Shown piece after piece: positions 37,564 through 47,122 of a DNA stretch of 64,000 bases. Source of the DNA: an uncultured Alphaproteobacteria bacterium (GTDB taxonomy: Bacteria > Pseudomonadota > Alphaproteobacteria > RF32 > CAG-239); NCBI GenBank assembly GCA_964017825.1, contig CAXHMA010000004.1:21716-85715 (forward strand), written 5' to 3'. A model generated the notes under the pieces. That model was not told the origin of the DNA. It did no database searches and worked only from the letters and a program-made list of their open reading frames with translations. Every line of letters begins with the position of its first letter. Positions within the stretch are counted from its first letter, which is position 1. Both the position numbers and the translations under genes were made by a program.

Positions 37564-38352
37564 TTATCTGGAAAAGAACATTTCTGTAATAAGATAATTG
37601 AAGATTAATATCAAAATAGAAGACGACACAACGGCATTGGTTGTTGCCGCACCGACGCCCTGCGCGCCGCCTTTGGATTTATAACCATGATAACACCCCA
37701 TCATAGAAATGGTAAAACCGAAAACTGCCGCTTTCACCAAGCCGGAGATAATGCCGATAATTTGCAGGTCTTGAAATGTTGATGTAATATAATTTGCCGG
37801 GTTAAATCCCAGCTTGTAAACACCGACAACATAACCGCCGAAAATACCGATAATATCACCGATAAATACCAAAATCGGTAAAACCAGCAAACCGGCCCAT
37901 AAACGCGGCGCAACCAGATATTTGAAAGGATTTGTGGATAAAGTGACTAACGCATCAATTTGTTCCGTTACCCGCATGGTGCCTATTTCGGCAGCCATTG
38001 CCGCACCGATACGACCGGCAACCATTAAGGCGGATAATACCGGTGCCAGCTCTCTGGTTACGGAAATAAGGACTACGGAAGCAATAACGCTTTCAGCTTT
38101 AAAACCTGAAAAACCGGAATAAGTCTGTAAGGCGATAACCATGCCGGCAAATAAGGTTGTTAATCCCACAACCGGCAGCGAGTAAAATCCTATATCAATA
38201 ACTTGCTTAATAAACAATTTGAAATAAAAAGGCGGAACAAAACAATGATACAACGCTTTAATGATAAATGACGTCAAATCACCCAATGACGAAATAAAAG
38301 CAGCCAACGGTTTGCCGAGAGTTCTTAAAAAAGCTTCCATAAAATGCGTCAT
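37564..38352 (-). CDS. mlaE: ABC transporter permease, MlaE-like
   Basis: The 262 aa protein has the MlaE topology and conserved blocks (LPVVGLTTLFAGMVIALQ). Confidence 0.8.
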   Translation of the reverse strand: MTHFMEAFLRTLGKPLAAFISSLGDLTSFIIKALYHCFVPPFYFKLFIKQVIDIGFYSLPVVGLTTLFAGMVIALQTYSGFSGFKAESVIASVVLISVTRELAPVLSALMVAGRIGAAMAAEIGTMRVTEQIDALVTLSTNPFKYLVAPRLWAGLLVLPILVFIGDIIGIFGGYVVGVYKLGFNPANYITSTFQDLQIIGIISGLVKAAVFGFTISMMGCYHGYKSKGGAQGVGAATTNAVVSSSILILIFNYLITEMFFSR

Positions 38353-38386
38353 TATCTGTCCTCCGCAACAGAATTATTTTCTTATA

Positions 38387-38818
38387 TTAAACCGAAGTTT
38401 CGGTAATGTTGTTAATCTTTGTCAGTATTTTATAAATAGTAGAACAATCAAACGGATATAGCTTTATTTTTGTAACGGATACCCCCAAAAAATTTTCAGT
38501 TTCTGCAAAAGGCAAACGTTCAATCTCTTGCCGGTTTGGGCATAATTCCACGCATAAGGTAATTTTTTCGTGTTTTTTATAGTCAAATGTACCAATGCCC
38601 ACGCCGCGAATTTCCATTTTACCTTCAATTGTTGGTGGTGTGTATCCATACAGCTCGCCGTCAATGACATCCAGATTGACTCTGTCATCAGCAACAAGTT
38701 TTGCCTGATGTCCCATAATAAGCCTTAAAGCTAAATCAGACTTTCCGCTTCCTGATTTACCGGTTAAAAGAATTCCCTGATTATTAAGGCTGATTAAAGT
38801 TGCATGAACGTTAAGCAA
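38387..38818 (-). CDS. Short HPr kinase/phosphorylase C-terminal-domain homologue (P-loop kinase)
   Basis: The 143 aa protein has GKSGSGKSDLALRL and a following block (LVADDRVNLDVIDGELYG) that resemble the HprK catalytic domain. It lacks the N-terminal domain, as in alphaproteobacterial short HprK. Confidence 0.65.
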   Translation of the reverse strand: MLNVHATLISLNNQGILLTGKSGSGKSDLALRLIMGHQAKLVADDRVNLDVIDGELYGYTPPTIEGKMEIRGVGIGTFDYKKHEKITLCVELCPNRQEIERLPFAETENFLGVSVTKIKLYPFDCSTIYKILTKINNITETSV

Positions 38819-39278
38819 TCAAAATCTCCTCCAAACGCTTGTTTTTTTCCGCCGAAATCAGATCAATGCAAAAATGCCGGTCAGAGTTTTCCGTAGTAAT
38901 TGTTATTTTCCACATATCTGCGGGAAGAACATCGGCAACTTTTTCAGGCCATTCTATTAAGCTTACACCTTCAAAAAAAGCATCTTCTATACCTAACTCA
39001 TAGGCTTCCTCTGCATTTTTTATCCTATACATGTCATAATGCCAGATATCAAATGTTTTGGCTTCATATGTTTGAAGCAATGTAAAAGTCGGACTGGGAA
39101 CATCAATTTTGCCGCACAAATGCTGTATAAAATATCTTGAAAAAGTGCTTTTTCCGACGCCCAAAGTTCCATACAAAGCAAATATATCACGTTTCTGAGC
39201 GATATCAGCCAATTTTTCTGCCAATATGCGCGTATCTTTTTCTGTTTTGCAGGTTATTTCTTTTCTATAACAAGTCAT
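38811..39278 (-). CDS. tsaE: tRNA threonylcarbamoyladenosine biosynthesis protein TsaE
   Basis: The P-loop is ALYGTLGVGKSTFSRYF. It is 155 aa. Confidence 0.8.
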   Translation of the reverse strand: MTCYRKEITCKTEKDTRILAEKLADIAQKRDIFALYGTLGVGKSTFSRYFIQHLCGKIDVPSPTFTLLQTYEAKTFDIWHYDMYRIKNAEEAYELGIEDAFFEGVSLIEWPEKVADVLPADMWKITITTENSDRHFCIDLISAEKNKRLEEILIA

Positions 39279-39286
39279 TTGAATTG

Positions 39287-40153
39287 CTAAAAAATTGAAC
39301 CGAAATTAAAGAAGCCGCCCTTTTGAGGAGTGATTTTTTTCTTAATGGTAAAATCGTGGCGTTTATTTTTTATGTCTCTCCAATCTTTCGGAGAATAAAA
39401 AGTTCCTTTCCAAAGTCCGGCGGATTCGCTTTGCGCTTTTATTTCATAAGGACGATAAATGTCTGTTTCGCTTATGTCGGCTATTCCCCAGCCTGCACCG
39501 ACCAAAGCGGCACCGATATCATACTCTCCCCATGTGCAAACGGCGGAATTGACACCGTTCGGTTCTATTTTAAGAAGATAGCAGTCTATAATATTTTGGT
39601 CAACCCACCCCCTCAGCCAGGAAACAGCCTCTTCTCCGCAATTATAAGCAGAGCCGTTGTTGTCAGAACAAACTTGATCCGTATCGGGAGCATCTACACC
39701 AAACAGACGGATGAAGCGCCCGTTAATGTAAAAAGCATTTGCCCTAACGGCAGAAATGCTACCGCTGATCTTAGGATAAGCCGCCAGATTGAAACCCTCT
39801 TTCCGGCGCTTTTTTTTCTGCTTAATTTTTGTGGTCGATTTATTGCCCAAAAGCTGTTTACTCTTTTCTAAATCCTGTTCCAGCTTTGCCTCAATGTTTT
39901 GTTTTTCCGTATCAGAAACAGCCGGAAAATGTGTGAGATATAATATATAGGCCAAACCCAGTGCCGTCAGCGTAATCCAAAAATTATAGTTTGGTAAATG
40001 TTGCATGATTGCAATATAAGCAAGAGTAATTCCGCCGACAAATATACAAAAGCCGAGAGCCTGCCATAACTGGATTGCATTATTTGTCAATGTTGCGCCG
40101 AAATAAAGACAAATAAGGGCTACAATTCCACATAATATTCTTTTTAAAAGCAT
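39287..40153 (-). CDS. Membrane-anchored thermonuclease (SNase-like) domain protein
   Basis: Three N-terminal TM helices and a basic linker lead to GRFIRLFGVDAPDTDQ, which resembles the staphylococcal-nuclease motif (RLxGIDAPE). It is 288 aa. Confidence 0.5.
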   Translation of the reverse strand: MLLKRILCGIVALICLYFGATLTNNAIQLWQALGFCIFVGGITLAYIAIMQHLPNYNFWITLTALGLAYILYLTHFPAVSDTEKQNIEAKLEQDLEKSKQLLGNKSTTKIKQKKKRRKEGFNLAAYPKISGSISAVRANAFYINGRFIRLFGVDAPDTDQVCSDNNGSAYNCGEEAVSWLRGWVDQNIIDCYLLKIEPNGVNSAVCTWGEYDIGAALVGAGWGIADISETDIYRPYEIKAQSESAGLWKGTFYSPKDWRDIKNKRHDFTIKKKITPQKGGFFNFGSIF

Positions 40154-40188
40154 GGCGTCTCCGTAATTATTTTATAATCAACATGTTT

Positions 40189-41910
40189 CTATTCGTAAAG
40201 ATTTGGCAAAATAGTCGTCTTTTTCTTTTTATCCGATTTTATCTTATCAACTTTTTTAAAAGTTGCAATAAATTTTGCAGTATCAAATAATGACTCTGAA
40301 TTTGAATACAAAAGCTTATTAAGTTCATGCAGCTGTACATTAAAGTCGGTATTGTCCGTATAATCCGCAATTTTCTGAAAATTATTAATGTCCGTATTTC
40401 CGTATTTAATTTTTGCCCAATTTATGAGAGCTGTTTTGGCATCCGGATAATTCCTTTTTTTAATGAAAGAGATAACCTGTTGTTTATAAGGGTTCTTAGC
40501 TTTTCTGAAAAAAGAAATTTTTAATAAAATTAAAAAAAGTAAAGCAAAAGCAACGGCCCGAAGATAAATATTGTCAAAGATATTATCGACTTTAAGTGAA
40601 AGATTATTAAGTTTTTCGGCGGATTGCGGCGCATTTTTAATGTTTGGTTGTTGTTTGTTTTTTTCTTGATTTTGATTATTCGTCGGCTCAATAACATTGG
40701 GATTCGGCAAAACGGTAATATTTTTTTCCGGCAAAACGGCCTTTTCATAACGGTTTGTATTAATATTAAACCATTGTATTTCTGTTGCAGGCAGAATATA
40801 TGTTCCGGATTTTAAGGGAATATAAACAATATTTGTCGTTGATGTTGTGATAATATTTCCGTTATACGCTCTTTCTTGGGTTACCGGTTTTTCCGGATAT
40901 TGTTTAAATTCAGAAGATGCGGGTAATGACAGCTGCGGCAAATTCTGCTCCTGAGTGCCGACGGCGGTTAAAGTGATTTTTCGGTTAAAAGCTTCGCCTG
41001 CTATGATATTTGCAGCAGAATCATGTTCTTCAATCACTAAACTTTTAAGCGGTAGCCAATATGATTTTGTTCCGCCGTTTGGAATTGGTTTTACAAGAAT
41101 TTTCTGATTTTTTGTGCGCATTCTGACCGGAACTTTTTGATTGATGTTGTCCAAAAAGCTGAGGCCGGTGGCAAAAATATCTTCAAAATCGGAAAAATTG
41201 AAAGAATTGCTTTTAAGATAATATCCTTCAAAAGAAATTTGCGGTGAATTTAATTCCCCGCTTTTCTGCGGAAAAGCGGCAAAAGCATACGTAATCACAT
41301 TCATTCTCTTACCGTTGATAACGTCTTGTTTGACAAGAGGGCGGTCAGATAAAGGCGTAACAATCCAATCTTTCAAACTGTCTTCATGAATATTCATTGT
41401 CGCATTTTGCAGGCCGATACTGTCATATATAGTCAAAGTAATGGTAACCTGTTGTTGAATATAAGGGTTAATCGGTTCAACAGACTGCTCTATTTGAAAA
41501 TACGGAGAATTGGAATTTTCCGTACTGTCAGGAACATATGCAACATTTGTAACCTCTTTAACCTCAACATCCGTATAGTTAGATTGCAAATTTCCCATTT
41601 TTATGGGTTTAATCGTTATTTTTCCGATTTTTTTAGGAGAAAGTCCCAAAATCCACCGTTTGGTTTGCGAAAGCTGCCCGTTAAGATACGTGAATTGGCT
41701 GGAAGCAGAGTTGGATACAATATTAAAATTATCTTGCAGTCCGTTTAAATCCAGGGTTTGCGCATCTGATCCCGTGTAATCAATCGTCAGAAATACTGTG
41801 TCACTTTCCGTCAGTGTTTTTTTGTCGACGGAAACATTCAGTTCTTCGCCTGTTGCGCTCAATGTAAAAAGGCACAAAAAAACAATCGATAATATTTTAT
41901 AAAGCTTCAT
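40189..41910 (-). CDS. batD: BatD-like (aerotolerance operon) periplasmic protein with a C-terminal TM anchor
   Basis: The 573 aa protein has a signal peptide, a large beta-rich region and a C-terminal TM (AVAFALLFLILLKISFF). It sits downstream of batA and batB/C. Confidence 0.55.
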   Translation of the reverse strand: MKLYKILSIVFLCLFTLSATGEELNVSVDKKTLTESDTVFLTIDYTGSDAQTLDLNGLQDNFNIVSNSASSQFTYLNGQLSQTKRWILGLSPKKIGKITIKPIKMGNLQSNYTDVEVKEVTNVAYVPDSTENSNSPYFQIEQSVEPINPYIQQQVTITLTIYDSIGLQNATMNIHEDSLKDWIVTPLSDRPLVKQDVINGKRMNVITYAFAAFPQKSGELNSPQISFEGYYLKSNSFNFSDFEDIFATGLSFLDNINQKVPVRMRTKNQKILVKPIPNGGTKSYWLPLKSLVIEEHDSAANIIAGEAFNRKITLTAVGTQEQNLPQLSLPASSEFKQYPEKPVTQERAYNGNIITTSTTNIVYIPLKSGTYILPATEIQWFNINTNRYEKAVLPEKNITVLPNPNVIEPTNNQNQEKNKQQPNIKNAPQSAEKLNNLSLKVDNIFDNIYLRAVAFALLFLILLKISFFRKAKNPYKQQVISFIKKRNYPDAKTALINWAKIKYGNTDINNFQKIADYTDNTDFNVQLHELNKLLYSNSESLFDTAKFIATFKKVDKIKSDKKKKTTILPNLYE

Positions 41911-43813
41911 TACGATACCTGCCTTTCAAATATTCTTTTTTTATAAATTCGCGCAATAACCCGCCGGTATCTTCCGGAATCTCGCGATATCTGCGTTGAA
42001 TAGCCAAAGCTTCTTCATCATAATCTTCATTTTGCCCGTTTTCTCTCGCCTCTGCAATTTGAGCCTCTTGATTATTCTGTTTATCGTCTTCGGGCTGAAA
42101 GTCACTTTGGCTTTGTTCGTCAGGTCGTTGTGAATTATCTGATGGCTTGTTGTTTTCATGAGTTTTTTCGTCTGTTGAAGAATTGCTTTGGTTTTCCTGA
42201 TTATGATTTTCTTCTGTTTTGCCGTCATCATTATTTGAAGTATCTGTCTGGGATTGTTGAGGAGATTGAGAAGTGTCATCAGCAGAATTTTGCGGATTAT
42301 TTTCTGATTGTGAATTTGGGTTTTCATCAGAATTTTCTTCGTTTTCCTGATTACTGTCGGAATTTTGAGAAGCATTTTCTTCATTATTTTGTCGGTTATT
42401 TTCATCGTTTGCGGTATTGTTTTGTTGCTGTTGGTCTTGGTCTTTTTCACTGTTTTCTTCGTTTTGATTATTATTGTTTTGATTTTGGTTCCGGTCTTGT
42501 TTGTCTTGGCATTCTAAAACGGAAGGGTCATTTTGGGCTTTTTCAAAAAGCTCGGCTAAAACCTGTAAATTATAAAGAGCGTCTGTGTTTTGCGGATCTT
42601 TTTTCAGTGCTTCATTAAAATAATTTTGCGCTTCCGAATAGTTGCACAACTTAGCGGCAATAACTCCGCGGTTATAAACAGCAATGGCGCTGTCTGATTT
42701 TTCAAATTCTTTTAATGCATCTTCCAATTTGTTTTGCTTATACAAAGCAGCGCCTCGCCAATCAGGATTTTTAAATTTACCCAAAGCCTGATCATACTGT
42801 TCTTTTTTGAAATATGCCGCTCCTTCCTGTTCATCATTAAGCCAAAATCCTGCAAATGCCTGTCCTGAAAAGGTGAAGCATAATATTAAAACCATCAGTC
42901 CTTTACGGAAAAAAGGCAATAAACATATAAGCGGAATAAATAAAATATAGTATCCGTAATCAGCATATTTCGGCCGTGAATTATCTGTTTGCAATATCCG
43001 TTCCTGATTAATATTATTAATCTGATTATATAAAACTGACGGATTCATTGTTTGAACATTAGTATATACACCGTTTCCCGCTTCTGCCAAAAGTTGAAGT
43101 TTTTCATTGCCGTCATAAGATGTATCAACGACATTAATCGTATAATTTTTACTGACAGCCTCTTTTGTTTTTTCTAAGGCCAAATCAAATCGTTGTCCGA
43201 CATCCGATGCAAATAAAATTATATTGCCTGAAGCATAGCCGGCCGTTTGAAACCGTTCAAAAGCCAAGGATATTGCTCTGTCAAGCCTGTCTCCCTGATC
43301 GGGAACAATATCCGGAACTATTTGCGGCAAAAGGTTCTTAATAAGGGATATGTCATCAGTGAAAGGAGTAACTGTATATGGTTCCTGTGAATATACTTCT
43401 ATGCCGAATTGCCCTTGCGTAATATTGTCTGCAATATCGGAAAGCATAAATTTTGCCCGTTCTAAACGCGACGGTGTAACATCTTTAAGCTGCATATCTT
43501 GTGCAAGACTGATGATAAACATATTCGGATTTTCAACGGTAAAAGCCGGAAGCTCGATTTTTTTCCAAGCCGGGCCGGCGCAGGCAAACGCTGCTGCTGT
43601 CAAACCGACATAAATATATTTTAAGACAGATGTTTTTTTTGTTGTTTTACCGTTAATCAATAAAAAGCTTAATAAATTTTCGTCACAAACATTTTCCCAT
43701 GATGAAAAATAGGCAATGTTTTTTAATTTTATAAAATAAAACAACAATGGAACAAGCAAAAAAAGAAGAAATTCCGGACGTAAAAAATGAAAATTTTGCA
43801 TAAATTCAATCAT
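41897..43813 (-). CDS. BatB/BatC-like fusion (TM, vWA-like and TPR domains) with a ~170 aa N/Q/E/D-rich disordered tail
   Basis: The 638 aa protein has N-terminal TM segments, a vWA-like region and a TPR region (AAKLCNYSEAQNYFNEALKKDPQNTDALYNL). A low-complexity tail follows (NQNQNNNNQNEENSEKDQDQQQQNNTANDENN...). Confidence 0.6.
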   Translation of the reverse strand: MIEFMQNFHFLRPEFLLFLLVPLLFYFIKLKNIAYFSSWENVCDENLLSFLLINGKTTKKTSVLKYIYVGLTAAAFACAGPAWKKIELPAFTVENPNMFIISLAQDMQLKDVTPSRLERAKFMLSDIADNITQGQFGIEVYSQEPYTVTPFTDDISLIKNLLPQIVPDIVPDQGDRLDRAISLAFERFQTAGYASGNIILFASDVGQRFDLALEKTKEAVSKNYTINVVDTSYDGNEKLQLLAEAGNGVYTNVQTMNPSVLYNQINNINQERILQTDNSRPKYADYGYYILFIPLICLLPFFRKGLMVLILCFTFSGQAFAGFWLNDEQEGAAYFKKEQYDQALGKFKNPDWRGAALYKQNKLEDALKEFEKSDSAIAVYNRGVIAAKLCNYSEAQNYFNEALKKDPQNTDALYNLQVLAELFEKAQNDPSVLECQDKQDRNQNQNNNNQNEENSEKDQDQQQQNNTANDENNRQNNEENASQNSDSNQENEENSDENPNSQSENNPQNSADDTSQSPQQSQTDTSNNDDGKTEENHNQENQSNSSTDEKTHENNKPSDNSQRPDEQSQSDFQPEDDKQNNQEAQIAEARENGQNEDYDEEALAIQRRYREIPEDTGGLLREFIKKEYLKGRYRNEAL

Positions 43814-44829
43814 TTTAAATTACTCCTGGCCAGAAAAAGCAAAATTGCCGATAAAATCAAAGCAGCAGCCAACGGAAGATAATATAATTCTTTGGTGTTT
43901 TGAACAACGGCTCCTTCATTGTCTTGCGGCTCCAAAGTGTCTATTTTTTGATAAATATCCGCCAAAGAAGTTAAATCCGTCGCTCTGAAATAATTTCCTC
44001 TGGTTTTTTGCGCTAATTCTTTAAGACCTTTTTCATCAAGTTCGTTGTTTTGCATGCTGAAAAGCGAACTGAAAAAACCGGCTTCCGCACCTACACCGAT
44101 GGTATATATTTTTATATTTTCTTTTTCGGCAAGATTTATTGCTTGTGCCATACTTAAAGAACCGTCATTGTTTTCTCCGTCGGTCAGCAGAATAATGACT
44201 TTATTATCTTTATTCTGTTCATCTTTTAAATTTTTAAGAGCCGTTCCTAAGGCATCGCCGATAGAGGTAGAGTTGCCGGCCATTCCGGCATCGGTATTGT
44301 ATAAAATATTTTTAATTGCCTGCTTGTCAAATGTAAGCGGGGATTGAAGATAAGCCCTTGTTCCGAATAGGATAAGTCCGAGCCTGTCAGCTGTTCTCTG
44401 TTCAATAAAGCTGCCGACCACCGCTTTAACGGCCGTCAGTCGGTCAATTCTTCTGTTTGCGGTGGAAAAATCCGGTTGAAGCATAGATGTTGAAATATCA
44501 ATAACGAGCATAATATCTCTGTTTTCCGTTTTTAGCCGGTAAGGCGCCCCTGCATGTTGCGGTCGGGCTGCTGCCGTAACAACAAGAATCCAGATAATAA
44601 ATAAATATGCAAATTTAAGCGAGAGCATAATATTCTTATTGATTTGCGGAACAGAAGCTCTTCCGGCGGCAGATTTTATATTTTTTAAATCTGAAAGAAA
44701 AGGTACTTTTAAGGCATCTCCGGATGAACTTTTGACTTTCGGGAAAATGAAATAAATAAGAAACGGTAATAAAAGCAGCCAAAACATTTGAGGGTAGGAA
44801 AAATAAATCATATGTTCCCCCCGATCCAT
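43810..44829 (-). CDS. batA: BatA-like von Willebrand factor A domain membrane protein
   Basis: Two N-terminal TM helices precede a vWA MIDAS motif (DIMLVIDISTSM). It is 339 aa. Confidence 0.7.
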   Translation of the reverse strand: MDRGEHMIYFSYPQMFWLLLLPFLIYFIFPKVKSSSGDALKVPFLSDLKNIKSAAGRASVPQINKNIMLSLKFAYLFIIWILVVTAAARPQHAGAPYRLKTENRDIMLVIDISTSMLQPDFSTANRRIDRLTAVKAVVGSFIEQRTADRLGLILFGTRAYLQSPLTFDKQAIKNILYNTDAGMAGNSTSIGDALGTALKNLKDEQNKDNKVIILLTDGENNDGSLSMAQAINLAEKENIKIYTIGVGAEAGFFSSLFSMQNNELDEKGLKELAQKTRGNYFRATDLTSLADIYQKIDTLEPQDNEGAVVQNTKELYYLPLAAALILSAILLFLARSNLK

Positions 44830-45257
44830 TGCTTAGCAAATTCTTTAATTTTTTCTGCATCGGCTTGCTTATATGTTTTGTCGTTAATATTCATATATGG
44901 GGCAAATTCTAAAAGTTTTGCAGCCGTTCCGCTGATTTTCGATTTTGTTTTGGTATTTAAAAAATCAATCCACTCCTGTGCATATAAAACATTTGCGTCT
45001 TTATATTTATAAACGCAGATTCTGCGGAGCAATTCTGAAATCTTAACCGCCGATTCTACGGGATTTTGCGTGTTGATTTCTTTAAGCATTTTTAATGCAT
45101 AATGTTTTCTGCTGGTTTTAACGACCCATAAAATAAATTTAACCGCCAAAATTAAAAAAAGAAAGGCAAAAAGAATAATCCACCATCCGTAAGCCAAAGG
45201 AAATACGGATACACCGTCAGGAATATGTATATCTCTAAATTCTGGCAAATTATCCAT
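44808..45257 (-). CDS. Small membrane protein of the bat operon (DUF4381-like)
   Basis: The 149 aa protein has one TM (WWIILFAFLFLILAV). Its position is upstream of and overlapping batA. Confidence 0.5.
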   Translation of the reverse strand: MDNLPEFRDIHIPDGVSVFPLAYGWWIILFAFLFLILAVKFILWVVKTSRKHYALKMLKEINTQNPVESAVKISELLRRICVYKYKDANVLYAQEWIDFLNTKTKSKISGTAAKLLEFAPYMNINDKTYKQADAEKIKEFAKQWIGGNI

Positions 45258-45315
45258 TGTGTTTTACTCTTACAAGATATTTCAAATCTAAATTTATGAT
45301 AAAAAGATGCAAATA

Positions 45316-45804
45316 TCAAGACATGTTGTCAAGATATTGCCGTATTCGCGGAAAAAAGCATGAGGAAACCTTCTCATAAACCTCTTTTTTGAATGGGACA
45401 ATATGCGTAACCGCAAAAGACAAATCTGTCCAAATATAACTTTCAAATTCAGGCAGTTTGGTTTTTAAATTTATTTCCTCGTCTGTTCCGTTAAAATAAA
45501 ACAAAGTAAAATAAATATCCTGTCCAGCCGTAAGAATTCCTTTGCTCGCGAAGCGTCTTTTTACATCTTCGGGAAAAGTATACCGTTTCGGAGTCTTGTC
45601 GGTAAAAACGGGGATAACGGAAGTAATGCCTGTCTCTTCAAAAAGTTCCCTTTGGGCTGCTGCTTCCGGCGATTCGCCGTCTTCAATCCCTCCCTGCGGA
45701 AATTGCCAATGCTCGCCCGGAATATCAATTCGGTTGCATAAAAGAACTTTTCCCTGCGTATTAAACACGACAGCGCCCGCACACAGTCTGTATGTTTCGG
45801 ACAT
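45316..45804 (-). CDS. rppH: RNA pyrophosphohydrolase (NUDIX; RppH/NudH, IalA homologue)
   Basis: The Nudix box is GGIEDGESPEAAAQRELFEETGI. It is 162 aa. Confidence 0.8.
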   Translation of the reverse strand: MSETYRLCAGAVVFNTQGKVLLCNRIDIPGEHWQFPQGGIEDGESPEAAAQRELFEETGITSVIPVFTDKTPKRYTFPEDVKRRFASKGILTAGQDIYFTLFYFNGTDEEINLKTKLPEFESYIWTDLSFAVTHIVPFKKEVYEKVSSCFFPRIRQYLDNMS

Positions 45805-45812
45805 GAGGCCTC

Positions 45813-47102
45813 CTAATTGTCGGAAGTTTTGGAATATAAAGCCAATGCTTTAACCAAATCCAGCGCACGGATTAACTGATAGTCTTCCAAATCGGCTTTG
45901 TTTTTTTCATTTTTCTTTTCTTTTTCAGTTGGCTCATCATTGTCATTTTTTAAAGCATTATTTAATTCAGCTTCACTGATGTTTAACGCATACGATTCCA
46001 ACTCTTCAACTTTTGCCGGTTTTACATTAATATCAGGCTCAATACCTTTGGCTTGAATTGAGCGCCCCGAAGGGGTATAATATCTTGCCGTTGTCAGACG
46101 CATGGCTCCGTAGTCTCTTAAAGGAATAACCGTCTGAACAGAGCCTTTGCCGAAAGATTTTTCACCTAAAATAATCGCTCTGTGATGGTCTTGTAAGGCA
46201 CCTGCCAAAATTTCTGATGCCGAAGCAGATCCTTCATTAATAATAACAACAATGGGAAGCCCTTTGGCAATATCACCTTCGTTGGCCATAAATTTGACGG
46301 TATCGCTTTCATTGCGTGAACGCGTTGAAACAATTTCGCCTTTATCCAAAAACAAATCAGATACTTCAATCGCTTGGTCTAACAATCCGCCGGGGTTATT
46401 ACGAACATCAATCACGATACCTAAAAATTTATTTTTAAGTTCTTTTTTGGCTTTGGTTACAGCCTCGCTGACGGCTTTGTCAATATCTTCCGTGAAAGAA
46501 GATATGCGGATATAGCTGATAGAATTATCTTTAATTTCACTTTTAACGGATTGGATTTTGATTTCCTGTCGTTTAATGGTCAATTCAATCGGTTTGGAAT
46601 TAACTCGGCGAACGGAAAGCTTTACTTTGGTGCCGATTTTGCCGCGCAGTTTGCTGACTGCTTCGTTCAGATTCATGCCGACAACGGTTTCACCGTCAAT
46701 ATGAGTTATGTAATCGCCGGCTTTCATTCCTGCTTTTGCTGCCGGAGTATCATCAATAGGAGAAACCACTTTAACCAGACCGTTGTCCATAGTGACCTCA
46801 ATACCGAGGCCGCCGAATTTTCCTTTTGTTTGTTCGCTCATATAATTAAAACTTTCGGCGTCCAGATAGCTGGAATGCGGATCTAATGAAGTCAACATGC
46901 CGTTAATTGCCGATTCTATAAGTTTTTTATCGCTGACTTCTTCAACATAAGAAATTTTTGCACGCTCCATTACTTCGCCAAAAAGGTTAAGTAAATCATA
47001 CGTATTTGCATCATCATCGGTTTTGTGGGCGGCATTGACATTTGCAATATTCAGCATAATTCCCGCAAACAAAGAAATAAACAATAAATTACTCTTTCTC
47101 AT
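45813..47102 (-). CDS. ctpA: Carboxy-terminal processing peptidase (S41)
   Basis: It has a signal peptide, a PDZ domain and the S41 catalytic region (GASASASEILAGALQD, KSFGKGSVQ). The start is taken at MRKSNLLF (47102) because AGGGAAG lies upstream and it avoids overlap with the next gene. The track's longer ORF runs to 47138. Confidence 0.85.
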   Translation of the reverse strand: MRKSNLLFISLFAGIMLNIANVNAAHKTDDDANTYDLLNLFGEVMERAKISYVEEVSDKKLIESAINGMLTSLDPHSSYLDAESFNYMSEQTKGKFGGLGIEVTMDNGLVKVVSPIDDTPAAKAGMKAGDYITHIDGETVVGMNLNEAVSKLRGKIGTKVKLSVRRVNSKPIELTIKRQEIKIQSVKSEIKDNSISYIRISSFTEDIDKAVSEAVTKAKKELKNKFLGIVIDVRNNPGGLLDQAIEVSDLFLDKGEIVSTRSRNESDTVKFMANEGDIAKGLPIVVIINEGSASASEILAGALQDHHRAIILGEKSFGKGSVQTVIPLRDYGAMRLTTARYYTPSGRSIQAKGIEPDINVKPAKVEELESYALNISEAELNNALKNDNDEPTEKEKKNEKNKADLEDYQLIRALDLVKALALYSKTSDN

Positions 47103-47122
47103 TTTCTTCCCTATCATTAATG

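Noticed and set aside
41941-42618. Extra ORFs on both strands within the 3' end of the BatB/C gene
   Set aside because: They coincide with the N/Q-rich low-complexity coding tract. Alternative frames of such tracts stay open by chance.
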